Of a stretch of DNA of 55,157 nucleotides, positions 1 through 9,616 are shown piece after piece. This DNA is from an uncultured Chitinophaga sp. (lineage in GTDB: Bacteria; Bacteroidota; Bacteroidia; UKL13-3): the NCBI GenBank assembly GCA_964603255.1, contig CAZRVA010000004.1:3532-58688 (forward strand). Direction: 5' to 3'. A program made the position numbers and the translations under genes. Below the pieces are notes generated by a model, which saw only the letters and a list, made by a program, of their open reading frames with translations, made no database searches and was not told the origin of the DNA. Each line of letters begins with the position of its first letter. Positions within the stretch are counted from its first letter, which is position 1.

Positions 1-1120
1 ACTCACGCATTTTATCAAAAAAGTTTTTATCATTTTTACCCGGATGCGGTTTAAAGTTATCTGCATTACGCAACTTTTCTAATACCTCACGTTCTTCTGA
101 AGTAAGCTTCTGTGGTGTCCAAATATTGATATGCACCAACTGATCTCCACGATGATGAGAATTTAATTCAGGTAAACCTTTTCCGCGTAAACGTAATATT
201 TTGCCTGCTTGTGTTCCGGCATCAATTTTTAGCTTTACTTTGCCGTCAACCGTTGGTACTTCTACGTTTGTCCCCAATGCGGCATCAGCAAAAGATACAT
301 ACAAATCAAACATAATGTTATTGCCATCACGTTTTAAAACCGGATCTTCAATCTCCTCAATCACTATAATCAAGTCGCCTGCAGGTCCGCCATTTGGTCC
401 CATGTTACCTTTACCGCTCATGCTTAATTGCATGCCATCAGCAACTCCGGTTGGTATATTAATGGTGACAATTTCTTCTTTACCTACCAATCCATCGGCA
501 CCAACACCACTAGGGCGTTTATCAACCGTTTTACCGGCACCGTTACAAGTTGGGCAAGTGCTTGTGGTAGCCATTTGACCCAAAAAGGTTTGTGTAACCC
601 TGCGCACCTGACCTGCACCGTTACAAGTAGTACACGTTTTAAAAGTTAAACCATCGGCAGTAACCATTCGGTTGTACTTTACTTTTTTCTCAACGCCTTC
701 GGCAATTTCTTTTAAAGTAAGTTTAACTTTTATGCGAACGTTGTTGCCTCTAACACCACCACTACGTCTGCCACCACTGCCTCCTCCACCAAAAAAAGAT
801 TCGAAAGGATTACCACCATCGCCAAATACATCACCAAACTGACTGAATATATCGTCCATATTCATGCCACCGCCACCATATCCGCCACCAGCCGCACTTG
901 CACCTTGGTGTCCAAATCGGTCGTAGTTTGCCCTTTTGTTTTGGTCACTTAACACCTCATATGCCTCAGCTGCTTCTTTAAATTTATCTTCTGCAGCTTT
1001 ATCGCCCGGATTTTTATCAGGGTGATACTTGATAGCCATTTGGCGGTAAGCTTTTTTTATCTCGTCAACACTTGCGTTGCGGTTTAATCCTAATATTTCG
1101 TAATAATCTCTTTTTGCCAT
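1..1120 (-). CDS. dnaJ: Molecular chaperone DnaJ (3' end truncated by window edge; alternative in-frame ATG at 1132)
   Basis: Manual translation of the minus strand: [41 protein letters not shown] (J-domain with HPD motif), then a G/F-rich region, CxxCxGxG zinc-finger repeats and a C-terminal ...[13 protein letters not shown]. Missing from the ORF track because the stop codon lies outside the window. Directly downstream of grpE. Confidence 0.97.
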   Translation of the reverse strand, partial: MAKRDYYEILGLNRNASVDEIKKAYRQMAIKYHPDKNPGDKAAEDKFKEAAEAYEVLSDQNKRANYDRFGHQGASAAGGGYGGGGMNMDDIFSQFGDVFGDGGNPFESFFGGGGSGGRRSGGVRGNNVRIKVKLTLKEIAEGVEKKVKYNRMVTADGLTFKTCTTCNGAGQVRRVTQTFLGQMATTSTCPTCNGAGKTVDKRPSGVGADGLVGKEEIVTINIPTGVADGMQLSMSGKGNMGPNGGPAGDLIIVIEEIEDPVLKRDGNNIMFDLYVSFADAALGTNVEVPTVDGKVKLKIDAGTQAGKILRLRGKGLPELNSHHRGDQLVHINIWTPQKLTSEEREVLEKLRNADNFKPHPGKNDKNFFDKMRE

Positions 1121-1194
1121 TGTCTTTTTCATATTGCCACAAACTTTTAAAACAGGATGCGTTCAATATTTTAGGGTTATGCTTTATAAATCTG

Positions 1195-1809
1195 TTATGC
1201 GCCTACAATTACTTTTGCGTATCTAATTACTTTTTCGCCAAGGTAGTAGCCTTTTTCTACCTCATCAATTACCTTATCCTTCATATCCTCTGTTGGAGCC
1301 GGAATATTGGTAATAGCTTCATGCAAATCAGCGTTAAAGGGCTGACCAACACTTTCCATTGGCTTTAAACCTTTAGAAACTAACGTGTTTTTAAACTTAT
1401 GGCTTACCAATTCAATACCTTCTTTTACTGAACTTATATCTGTTGCGGTTTCCATTGCTTTTAATGCACGCTCAAAGTCATCCAAAACAGGAATCATAGC
1501 CAACATAATTTCTTGGCCTGCGGTTTTAAATAACTCTATACGCTCGGCCGATGTTCTGCGTTTGTAGTTTTCAAACTCGGCATATAGGCGTAAATATTTA
1601 TCGTCTTTTTCTTTTAATTCAGCCTCAAAATCGCGTACTGCCTCATTTGCAGATGTTGTGTTATTTTCCTGACTTTCGGCTGACGTATTTTCACCTTCCA
1701 CATTTAACTGCTCTTGGTTATTATTCAATTCTTCATTGTTGCTCATAGCGGTTTCGTTGGTATGTTCCTGATTCATGCCTTTAAAAAAGTTTTTAATTTT
1801 AGTTTTCAT
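1195..1809 (-). CDS. grpE: Nucleotide exchange factor GrpE (start uncertain: ATG at 1809, 1776 or 1746)
   Basis: Motifs YLRLYAEFENYKRRT, LDDFERA, GQPFNADLHEAI and EVEKGYYLGEKVIRYAKVIVG; adjacent to dnaJ. Confidence 0.97.
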   Translation of the reverse strand: MKTKIKNFFKGMNQEHTNETAMSNNEELNNNQEQLNVEGENTSAESQENNTTSANEAVRDFEAELKEKDDKYLRLYAEFENYKRRTSAERIELFKTAGQEIMLAMIPVLDDFERALKAMETATDISSVKEGIELVSHKFKNTLVSKGLKPMESVGQPFNADLHEAITNIPAPTEDMKDKVIDEVEKGYYLGEKVIRYAKVIVGA

Positions 1810-1819
1810 GTGCAATTGG

Positions 1820-1834
1820 GCAAATACGTTGCCA
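1820..1834 (-). promoter_or_regulatory. sigma54-like -24/-12 promoter of grpE-dnaJ
   Basis: Minus strand reads TGGCAACGTATTTGC = GG-N10-GC, matching the RpoN consensus TGGCA-N6-TTGC. Confidence 0.55.
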
Positions 1835-1847
1835 TGCGGTTGTAAAA

Positions 1848-1860
1848 TGTCAATTTGACA
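1848..1860. promoter_or_regulatory. Perfect palindrome TGTCAA-T-TTGACA upstream of the grpE promoter (candidate regulator site)
   Basis: 6-bp perfect inverted repeat 14 nt upstream of the -24 GG; overlaps the stop codon of the upstream gene. Confidence 0.35.
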
Positions 1861-2377
1861 AGGTTGTGTTGAGCTTGATATTGCTAAGCGTATTGCGTAA
1901 TTGGTTGATGTCGGGGTCTACTACAATTACTTTTTTGCTTTTATCAACTATAAGTAATGTTGGTATTTTGGTAATACCTAAAGCGTTTAACACACTCGAC
2001 TCCCAACCTTTGTAATCAACCAAATGTTGCTCCCAAGGCCAATCTTCTCGTTTAACTGTAATGCGGTGTATATCGGGTTTGGTATCAATGCTAATATCAA
2101 CAACATCAATAAACATTTGCTTTACGCCTCTTCTGGTTGGGTTGATGATGGGATAATGTTGTTTTATTTCATCTAATAACTCAAGCGAAGGGGCATTCCA
2201 CGATGCCCAAAAAATATAAATGGTTGGATGTTGCAAAGCACTATCGTTACTATAAGTTTCACCGGATAAGGTTTGCATTTGAAATACCGGAAAAGTATCG
2301 TGCAAAGCCAGGTTACGCTGCGCTGATACCTGAACATATATCAATAAACTTAATCCAATAATTACCCATTTGTACAT
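1850..2377 (-). CDS. Secreted TlpA/ResA-like thioredoxin-fold protein lacking the CxxC motif
   Basis: Signal peptide MYKWVIIGLSLLIYVQVSAQ. AhpC/TSA-type core (FQMQTLSGETYS, IFWASW, VVDISID, LGITKIPTLLIVDK), but the active-site position reads NAPS. ORF track starts at 2413. Confidence 0.8.
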   Translation of the reverse strand: MYKWVIIGLSLLIYVQVSAQRNLALHDTFPVFQMQTLSGETYSNDSALQHPTIYIFWASWNAPSLELLDEIKQHYPIINPTRRGVKQMFIDVVDISIDTKPDIHRITVKREDWPWEQHLVDYKGWESSVLNALGITKIPTLLIVDKSKKVIVVDPDINQLRNTLSNIKLNTTLSN

Positions 2378-2430
2378 GGGCGCTAAGTTAAACTTATTGC
2401 CGATATTATTCATCTACTTAGTGATATCAT

Positions 2431-2470
2431 AAAAAATGCGCAGCTCCGGATGTTACCAAAACTGCGCATT
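2431..2470 (-). terminator. Probable rho-independent terminator of murA
   Basis: AATGCGCAG...CTGCGCATT 9-bp stem with an 18-nt loop, followed by a T-run on the minus strand. Confidence 0.5.
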
Positions 2471-2487
2471 AAAGTGTGTTTGTTTAA

Positions 2488-3795
2488 TTAATCAATGCGT
2501 GTAATATCAGCGCCAATAGCCTGTAAACGCTTATCTATAAACTGATATCCTCGGTCTATTTGTTCTATATTATTAATTGTACTTGTTCCGTTGGCAGCTA
2601 AAGCTGCAATTAGCATGGCCACACCAGCTCTGATATCTGGCGAGCTCATGGTAATACCGCGTAATTTAGTTTCGCGATTGCTACCAATTACAACTGCTCG
2701 ATGTGGATCGCAAAGTATAATTTTGGCACCCATATCAATCAGGTTGTCGACAAAAAACAAGCGACTTTCAAACATCCATTGGTGAATTAATACGCTGCCT
2801 TTAGCTTGTGTTGCTGTAACCAATGCAATAGATATTAAATCAGGTGTGAAGGCCGGCCAAATGCCATCTTTAATGGTTAAAATACTACCATCAATAAGCG
2901 ATTGTATTTTGTAGCTTTCTTGTGATGGAACAAAAATATCATCACCCCTAAACTCTAACTCAATACCCATTTTACGGAAAACACTTGGAATAACGCCCAA
3001 GTTAGGTATAGAACAATCTTTAATTAACAACTCAGATTGTGTGGCTGCTGCCAAACCAATAAACGATCCAATCTCAATCATATCGGGCAACATGCGGTGT
3101 GTACAACCACCTAATGAATCAACACCTTCAATGGTAAGTAAATTAGAACCAATGCCACTAATTTTACCACCCATGCTATTAATCATTTTACACAATTGCT
3201 GCAAGTAAGGTTCGCAGGCGGCATTGTATATTTGGGTAGTTCCTTTAGCCAAAGCTGCAGCCATGGCAATGTTTGCAGTACCTGTAACAGATGCTTCATC
3301 AAGCATCATGTAAGTACCTTGTAAGTTTTTACCATTAATTTTATAGAAACGTTCGTCACGTAAATGTTCAAACGTAGCACCTAAATTTTCGAATCCACGT
3401 AAGTGTGTATCAACTGGTCTGCGACCAATTTTATCGCCACCCGGTTCAGGTATATAGGCCATTCCAAATCTTGCCAACAAAGGCCCAATGATCATAATGG
3501 AGCCACGTAATGCTGCACCTTTTTTCTTAAAATCATCGCTACGTAAGTATTCTAGGTTTACATCTTTGGCTTCAAAAGTGTAAGTATCATCTGATAGTTT
3601 TTCAACCTTAACACCTAAATCGCCAAGTAACTCTATCAATTTTAAAACATCACGTATTTGAGGTATATTTTGTATGGTAACTTTTTCGGCTGTTAAAAGC
3701 ACTGCCGAAATAATCTGTAAGGCCTCGTTTTTAGCGCCTTGAGGAATTATTTCACCTTTAAGTTTATTACCACCTTTTACTTTAAATGAGCTCAT
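2488..3795 (-). CDS. murA: UDP-N-acetylglucosamine 1-carboxyvinyltransferase (Asp at the catalytic Cys position)
   Basis: Motifs QGAKNEAL, LRGSIM, PGGDKIGRRPVDTH, ASVTGTAN, MFESRL, SPDIRAG, IDRGY. Confidence 0.97.
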   Translation of the reverse strand: MSSFKVKGGNKLKGEIIPQGAKNEALQIISAVLLTAEKVTIQNIPQIRDVLKLIELLGDLGVKVEKLSDDTYTFEAKDVNLEYLRSDDFKKKGAALRGSIMIIGPLLARFGMAYIPEPGGDKIGRRPVDTHLRGFENLGATFEHLRDERFYKINGKNLQGTYMMLDEASVTGTANIAMAAALAKGTTQIYNAACEPYLQQLCKMINSMGGKISGIGSNLLTIEGVDSLGGCTHRMLPDMIEIGSFIGLAAATQSELLIKDCSIPNLGVIPSVFRKMGIELEFRGDDIFVPSQESYKIQSLIDGSILTIKDGIWPAFTPDLISIALVTATQAKGSVLIHQWMFESRLFFVDNLIDMGAKIILCDPHRAVVIGSNRETKLRGITMSSPDIRAGVAMLIAALAANGTSTINNIEQIDRGYQFIDKRLQAIGADITRID

Positions 3796-4219
3796 GCTAA
3801 TGTGTAATTTGTACTTTACGAAGTAACAAGATTACTGTTAAGCCTTGGTGTAGTGATGCTAGTTCTTTTACACCTGTTGATGTTAATTGTCGGGAAAAAG
3901 ATAATAGCAACCTACGGAAATGGTTTAATGTTGTGATTTAGTTAAACGAAATACGCACAATTGAAGGTGTTGTCTATTTTGTGTTTACAACTCAAGAGGA
4001 AGTTACTCTTTTTGTGCATCGTATTTATACCATTGAATCAGTTGTAAAGTTTTGGGAATGACGAAATATTACACGTTATTCGAATAAAACAAGATACAAG
4101 ATTTTGATGTGTATTTGTGTGGTAGAGGGTGTTAAGCAAAATGCATCATAAACCTTCTTTTTATAAATTGACAAGATATTTCTAATACCCGAACAATACC
4201 AAACCATTAATTTATTAAT

Positions 4220-7200
4220 ATGAAGAAACTTTTTTTATTGCTGCTCAGTACTATTTTGATTTCTGGTGTAAATTCTCAAAACCTTAAATTAGATAAACTT
4301 TGGTGGCAACCCAACGGACCTATTAATGCCATTGTTAAAGATACTGCAAAAAATATTGTTTACGTTGGGGGGGCTTTCAGGAGTATAGGTCCTATTGAAC
4401 CTTTTGGTGCGCAAATAGATACCACAACAGGACAGCCAGATTTCGCATTTGCCAACCCTAATGGAACAGTAAATGCTTCAGAGCCTGATGGAAATGGGGG
4501 CTGGTATGTAGGTGGTGAGTTTACCATGGTTGGTGATAGTGTTCGTAACCGAATTGCTCACATAACAAGCAAAGGAGAAGTCAGTTCTCTATTTGGTGCG
4601 GCCGGATTTGATGGTTCTGTTGCATCATTAAAAATAAATGATTCCATATTGTATGCAGGAGGAAATTTCACGGGTGTAGGTCAATTCAAAAGATATGGTG
4701 CCGCTCTCAACACAGCAGATGAAAAGGTTTTTGGTGAATTTCCTGAACCTAATGGAGGTATTAATGTTGCTACACCAGACGGAACCGGTGGTTGGTATAT
4801 AGGTGGTGCTTTTACCATGGTTGGTGATAGTGCTCGCAGATACATGGCCCACATTAATAACCTTGGAAAGGTAACCGATTGGAATCCAAGCCCAAACAAT
4901 ATGGTTCACGCAATTGCAATTTCAGGCAAAACTATTTATGCAGGGGGAATTTTTAGCTCAATTGGAGGGCAAGACAGAGGTAGAATTGCGGCTTTAGATG
5001 CCACAACAGGACTTGCAACCACATGGAATAAACATGTAACTGGTGCTGCTGTTTATTCAATTGCTATTTCTGGAGATATTGTGTATGTTGGTGGTGATTT
5101 TACTTATTTTGGAGGGCAAGCAAGAAATAGGATTGCATCTTTTGATGCTAAAACAGGACTTGTAACTTTATGGAATCCAAATGCAAACAACAGGGTTCAC
5201 TCAATTGTAGTTTCAGGTGATACAGTTTATGCAGGTGGTCTTTTCACATCAATTGGTGGACAAAGCCGGAATTACATAGCTGCAATAGGAGCTTCTACTG
5301 GCTTTGCAACAACTTGGAATCCAATTGCAAATAGTGAGATTCGCTCAATTGCTGTTTCAGGTGCTACGGTTTATGCAGGAGGTGGATTCACTTCAATTGG
5401 AGGACAAACTAGGAATTACATTGCCGCTTTAGATGCTACAACAGGGCTTGCTACTAATTGGAATCCAAATGCAAATAATCCAGTTTACTCAATTGCCATG
5501 TCAGACACAACAGTATATGTAGGAGGTGCTTTCACTGCAATTGGTGGGCAATATAGGAATTACATTGCCGCTTTAGATACTATTTCAGGTCTTGTAACAT
5601 CATGGAAGACTCATGCAAATGGTACTGTGTACTCAATTGCTGTTGCAGGCGATACAGTCTATGTTGGTGGAGGTTTTACTTCAATTGGAGGGCAAACAAG
5701 AAATAAAATTGCCGCTTTAAATACTTCTACCGGTCTACCAACTGCTTGGAACCCAAATGCAAATAATACGGTTGTTTCAATTGCTATTTTAGGAACTACA
5801 GTCTACGCGGGAGGTTATTTCACATCAATTGGAGGGCAAACAAGAAATAGACTTGCGGCATTAGATGCAACTACTGGACTCACAACTAACTGGAATCCAA
5901 ACGCAAATGACAATGTTTACTCAATGACGATATCAGGAACTACAGTCTATGCGGGAGGTTATTTTACGTCAGTTGGTGGGCAAAACAGGAATTACATTGC
6001 CGCTTTAGATGCTACTACAGGATTTGCGACAAGTTGGAATCCCAATGCTAGTTCTAGGGTTATATCAATCGCAGTTTCAGGAAATACTGTATATGCCGGA
6101 GGAAATTTCTCTACTATTGGAGGCCAAACAAGAAAAAATATCGCAGCTTTAGATGCAACAACAGGTCTTGCAACTGCTTGGGATCCATATGCAGATAATT
6201 GGGTTCACCAAATTGTAGCTTCAGGAAATAGAGTATATGTTGGGGGTGATTTCGCATTAATTGGAGGACAACCTAGAAATAACATTGCTGCACTAGATGC
6301 CACAACTGGACTTGCCACAACGTGGAATCCAGTTGTAAGCTCTCAGGTTTTATCAATTGCTATTTCAGGCACTAAATTATATGTTGGAGGTAAATTTACT
6401 TCAATTGGTGGACAAACTAGAAATAGAATTGCAGCATTAGATGCTACAACTGGGCTTCCAACTAATTGGGATCCAAATGCAAGTTATGACGTTACATCAA
6501 TTGCTATTTCAGGCGATACAGTATATGTTGGTGGAGCTTTTACATCAATTGGAGGGCAAACAAGAAATAGAATTGCTGCATTAGATGCCACAACCGGGCT
6601 CGCTACTTCTTGGAACCCAAATGTAAGTGGGACTGTTGGTCCAATTGTTGTTTCTGGTGCTACTGTTTATGTTGGGGGGGCATTCGCATCAATTGGAGGG
6701 CAAATCCGAAATAAAATTGCAGCTTTAGATGTAACAACAGGACTTGCTACTAACTGGAATCCTAATGCAAATGGTAATGTTGGCTCAATTGCTGTTTCAG
6801 GTACTACAGTTTATGTAGGCGGAAGTTTTACTTCAATTGGCGGGCAACCTAGAAATAGAATTGCAGCATTAGACGCTACAACTGGGTTTGCAAATTCTTG
6901 GAATCCAAATGCAAACGGTTCAACTAGTTCAATTGTTGTTTCAGGTACAACTGTTTATGTAGGCGGAGGTTTTACTTCAATTGGCGGGCAATCAAGAAAT
7001 AACATTGCTGCATTAGATGCTACAACTGGGTTTGCAAATTCATGGAATCCAAATGCAAACGGTTCTATTGGTTCAATTGCTATTTCAGGCACTACAGTTT
7101 ATGCTGGAGGTGGGTTTACTTCAATTGGCGGGCAATCAAGAAACAACATTGCTGCATTAGATGCCACAACAGGATTTGCAACTACTTGGAATCCGAAGCA

Positions 7201-8098
7201 AAAAACTACTGCCATTTACCCTGTTGCGGTTTCAGAAGATACAGTATATGCCGGTGGGAGTATTACAATTGATGCGGAATTCAGAGCAAGTTTTAATGTT
7301 TGGATACCCTGCCATTCAAACGCTGGTTCTGCAAGTGTAACCGCGTGTGATTCGTACACTTGGTCTGCGAACAATACAAACTACAAAACAAGCGGAGTTT
7401 ATACCGCAAAACTCACAAATATTGAAGGTTGTGATTCAATAGCAACATTAAATTTAACTATTAACACAGTAGATACCTCTTATGCAAGTGTAACTGCTTG
7501 TGATTCGTATACATGGTCTGCGGACAACACAAACTACAAATCAAGTGGAATTTACACCGCAAAACTCACAAATGTTGAAGGTTGTGATTCGGTAGTAACA
7601 TTAAATTTAACCATTAACACAGTAGATACCTCTGTGACAAAATCTAATAATACCTTAACTGCCAGTGCAAATCAAGCCAGTTATCAATGGGTAAATTGCA
7701 ATAATGCTTATTCCAAAATTCCGGGAGAAACATCTCAATCATTTGTACCCTCATCAAATGGTAGTTATGCTGTAATAGTTACGAAAAATGGCTGTACAGA
7801 CACATCAAGCTGTTACAACATTACCAGTGTAGGTAATACTGAAGTAGCCGAGGTTGATTTAGGTATAAGTATTTTTCCAAACCCAACTGAAGGATTATTT
7901 ACGATAGCGCTTTTATCTAAAATAGATGTTATAATTTCAAACGTTGAAATTTTTAACATCCTAGGAGAAAAGGTATACACCAACACGCTAAAAGATGAAA
8001 AAACAACAATTGATTTAAGTAAACTAACAAAAGGAATTTATTTAATCCAAATAAAATCAGTTAATAAAGCCATAAATAAAAAAATTGTAATTCAATAG
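4220..8098 (+). CDS. T9SS type A sorting domain protein with tandem 48-aa beta-propeller-like repeats
   Basis: Signal peptide MKKLFLLLL...; 16 tandem WNPNAN..V.SIAVSG.TVY.GG.FTSIGGQ.RN.IAALDATTG repeats; two CDSYTW...GCDS repeats; C-terminal IFPNPT...GIYLIQI...KKIVIQ (T9SS CTD). Confidence 0.9.
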   Translation: MKKLFLLLLSTILISGVNSQNLKLDKLWWQPNGPINAIVKDTAKNIVYVGGAFRSIGPIEPFGAQIDTTTGQPDFAFANPNGTVNASEPDGNGGWYVGGEFTMVGDSVRNRIAHITSKGEVSSLFGAAGFDGSVASLKINDSILYAGGNFTGVGQFKRYGAALNTADEKVFGEFPEPNGGINVATPDGTGGWYIGGAFTMVGDSARRYMAHINNLGKVTDWNPSPNNMVHAIAISGKTIYAGGIFSSIGGQDRGRIAALDATTGLATTWNKHVTGAAVYSIAISGDIVYVGGDFTYFGGQARNRIASFDAKTGLVTLWNPNANNRVHSIVVSGDTVYAGGLFTSIGGQSRNYIAAIGASTGFATTWNPIANSEIRSIAVSGATVYAGGGFTSIGGQTRNYIAALDATTGLATNWNPNANNPVYSIAMSDTTVYVGGAFTAIGGQYRNYIAALDTISGLVTSWKTHANGTVYSIAVAGDTVYVGGGFTSIGGQTRNKIAALNTSTGLPTAWNPNANNTVVSIAILGTTVYAGGYFTSIGGQTRNRLAALDATTGLTTNWNPNANDNVYSMTISGTTVYAGGYFTSVGGQNRNYIAALDATTGFATSWNPNASSRVISIAVSGNTVYAGGNFSTIGGQTRKNIAALDATTGLATAWDPYADNWVHQIVASGNRVYVGGDFALIGGQPRNNIAALDATTGLATTWNPVVSSQVLSIAISGTKLYVGGKFTSIGGQTRNRIAALDATTGLPTNWDPNASYDVTSIAISGDTVYVGGAFTSIGGQTRNRIAALDATTGLATSWNPNVSGTVGPIVVSGATVYVGGAFASIGGQIRNKIAALDVTTGLATNWNPNANGNVGSIAVSGTTVYVGGSFTSIGGQPRNRIAALDATTGFANSWNPNANGSTSSIVVSGTTVYVGGGFTSIGGQSRNNIAALDATTGFANSWNPNANGSIGSIAISGTTVYAGGGFTSIGGQSRNNIAALDATTGFATTWNPKQKTTAIYPVAVSEDTVYAGGSITIDAEFRASFNVWIPCHSNAGSASVTACDSYTWSANNTNYKTSGVYTAKLTNIEGCDSIATLNLTINTVDTSYASVTACDSYTWSADNTNYKSSGIYTAKLTNVEGCDSVVTLNLTINTVDTSVTKSNNTLTASANQASYQWVNCNNAYSKIPGETSQSFVPSSNGSYAVIVTKNGCTDTSSCYNITSVGNTEVAEVDLGISIFPNPTEGLFTIALLSKIDVIISNVEIFNILGEKVYTNTLKDEKTTIDLSKLTKGIYLIQIKSVNKAINKKIVIQ
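4880..7186 (+). repeat. 16 tandem intragenic 144-bp repeats (one is 147 bp)
   Basis: Trp codons starting the repeats were located at 4880 ... 6899, 7043, 7187; 7187-4880 = 16x144+3. Confidence 0.92.
7331..7633 (+). repeat. Two near-identical 150-bp direct repeats (7331-7480, 7484-7633)
   Basis: Both encode ASVTACDSYTWSA.NTNYK.SG.YTAKLTN.EGCDS..TLNLTINTVDTS. Confidence 0.9.
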
Positions 8099-8119
8099 AC
8101 AAACAAGGCTCCAAACATT

Positions 8120-8159
8120 AAACAAGGCGAATGGTTTAACAATACAGTTCGCCTTGTTT
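8120..8159. terminator. Inverted repeat, probable terminator after the T9SS cargo gene
   Basis: AAACAAGGCGAA-N16-TTCGCCTTGTTT, a 12-bp perfect stem between convergent genes. Confidence 0.6.
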
Positions 8160-8254
8160 GGGTTAAAATGAAAAGGACTTATTTGAAGGCAAAATATGTT
8201 CGCCTAAATGAAACTAGAATCAGGTATTTATTTCGACCAAATATGAACTCAGTG

Positions 8255-8274
8255 GTCGAGGATTATTCCTCGAC
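8255..8274. other. Hairpin immediately after the LMW-PTP stop codon
   Basis: GTCGAGGA-TTAT-TCCTCGAC perfect 8-bp stem, with no clear U-tract. Confidence 0.4.
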
Positions 8275-8754
8275 TTATTTTGGCTGATTCAACTCATCCA
8301 TTAAATGGCCGAGCATCACATCGCAACTGCGATCAAGTATATCATAAACATGCTCAAAATCTTTCATGTCACCATAATACGGATCAGGCACTTCACCGTC
8401 TTTTGCCATCATATCAAAATGCCGCATCAATAATACTTTCGATTCAGTTTCATCCGGCATTAAACGTTTAATATTGTTCAGGTTGTTTTTATCCATTGCT
8501 ACGATGTAATGAAACGAATTAAAATCGGTTTCAGAAAACGCACGTGCTTTGTGGGTAAGTTCAAACCCGTTTTTTGCTGCTACTTCCCTGCTCCTTTTAT
8601 CGGGCAAAGCGCCAACGTGGTATGATGCAGTGCCGGCAGAATCAACATAAAAAAGATGATTTACACCTTGATCGATGGTTTTTTGCCTAAAAATTCCCTC
8701 TGCTAGTGGAGATCTGCATATGTTTCCTAAACAAACGAATAAAACTTTAATCAT
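8275..8754 (-). CDS. Low molecular weight protein-tyrosine phosphatase
   Basis: P-loop VLFVCLGNICRSPLAEG, DSAGT, and DPYYG general-acid motif. Confidence 0.95.
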   Translation of the reverse strand: MIKVLFVCLGNICRSPLAEGIFRQKTIDQGVNHLFYVDSAGTASYHVGALPDKRSREVAAKNGFELTHKARAFSETDFNSFHYIVAMDKNNLNNIKRLMPDETESKVLLMRHFDMMAKDGEVPDPYYGDMKDFEHVYDILDRSCDVMLGHLMDELNQPK

Positions 8755-8855
8755 ACCGCAAAGTACATTTTATTTAGTTTTTTAATAACACACAATCACA
8801 TGTATTTTAGGTAATGTTTGTGGGCTTTACATTTAAAATTAACTATTTTAGCCCC

Positions 8856-9599
8856 GTGAAGAAAATACCCCACATTGTATTGCTTTTAATATTAATTACT
8901 GCTTGCTCTTACGACAAGTACCGCTATAGTTTTTTTGAAGGTAATTGGGTTTTAATTAATTATTTGGATACCGTTGAAAAATACAGATCTGTTGCAATGG
9001 CAAAGCACTTACAAATGCAGGAAATTATTTTGAAACGTCACCTCGATACCATTACGTTTTTGCATGATAACACAGAAAGTGAACGTTTCCCGTTTATTCA
9101 TAAAACATCAAACCAAATAGTAATTGACAATTACATTAACCAGAAACCACTTAGTATTTACATAAACGAACAGGCTTATTACCTGAGTTATAAAATAGAT
9201 AGCGTACAATATGTTTTTGTAAAACCTGATGATCGGTTAATTGATAGTTCTGCTCAAGGTTTACCGCCCTATTCAACCCAACGTGTAATTAACTCTTTGG
9301 TATTGGGAGGTATTTATAAGCAAGAAAACAACAATATTCCGGTGCAGTTTTATACCAACGGAAACATAAGTGGACTGAAAGATTTTACATACTACCAAAC
9401 CTGTATTGGTGGCGATTGCCGCACTTTTTATGATGGTGATGTGGTGCAAATGAGCGGCCCAAATGGCCCACAATACTACACCTGGGAATGGAAAGGCAAC
9501 AACTTGGATATTTTTGAGTTGATTAAAACAACCCTACCCGATGAAAAGCCTCACTATCGTAAAGGTAAAAGCATTTTAGCTTTGCATAAAATTAAATAA
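8856..9599 (+). CDS. Hypothetical lipoprotein
   Basis: GTG start gives MKKIPHIVLLLILITAC-S (lipobox). 247-codon open frame; ORF track starts at 8814. Confidence 0.7.
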   Translation: MKKIPHIVLLLILITACSYDKYRYSFFEGNWVLINYLDTVEKYRSVAMAKHLQMQEIILKRHLDTITFLHDNTESERFPFIHKTSNQIVIDNYINQKPLSIYINEQAYYLSYKIDSVQYVFVKPDDRLIDSSAQGLPPYSTQRVINSLVLGGIYKQENNNIPVQFYTNGNISGLKDFTYYQTCIGGDCRTFYDGDVVQMSGPNGPQYYTWEWKGNNLDIFELIKTTLPDEKPHYRKGKSILALHKIK

Positions 9600-9616
9600 C
9601 ACAAATAAGCATTACT

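Noticed and set aside
201-649. Plus-strand ORFs 201-578 and 428-649
   Set aside because: Antisense shadows of dnaJ, which the ORF track missed because its stop lies outside the window.
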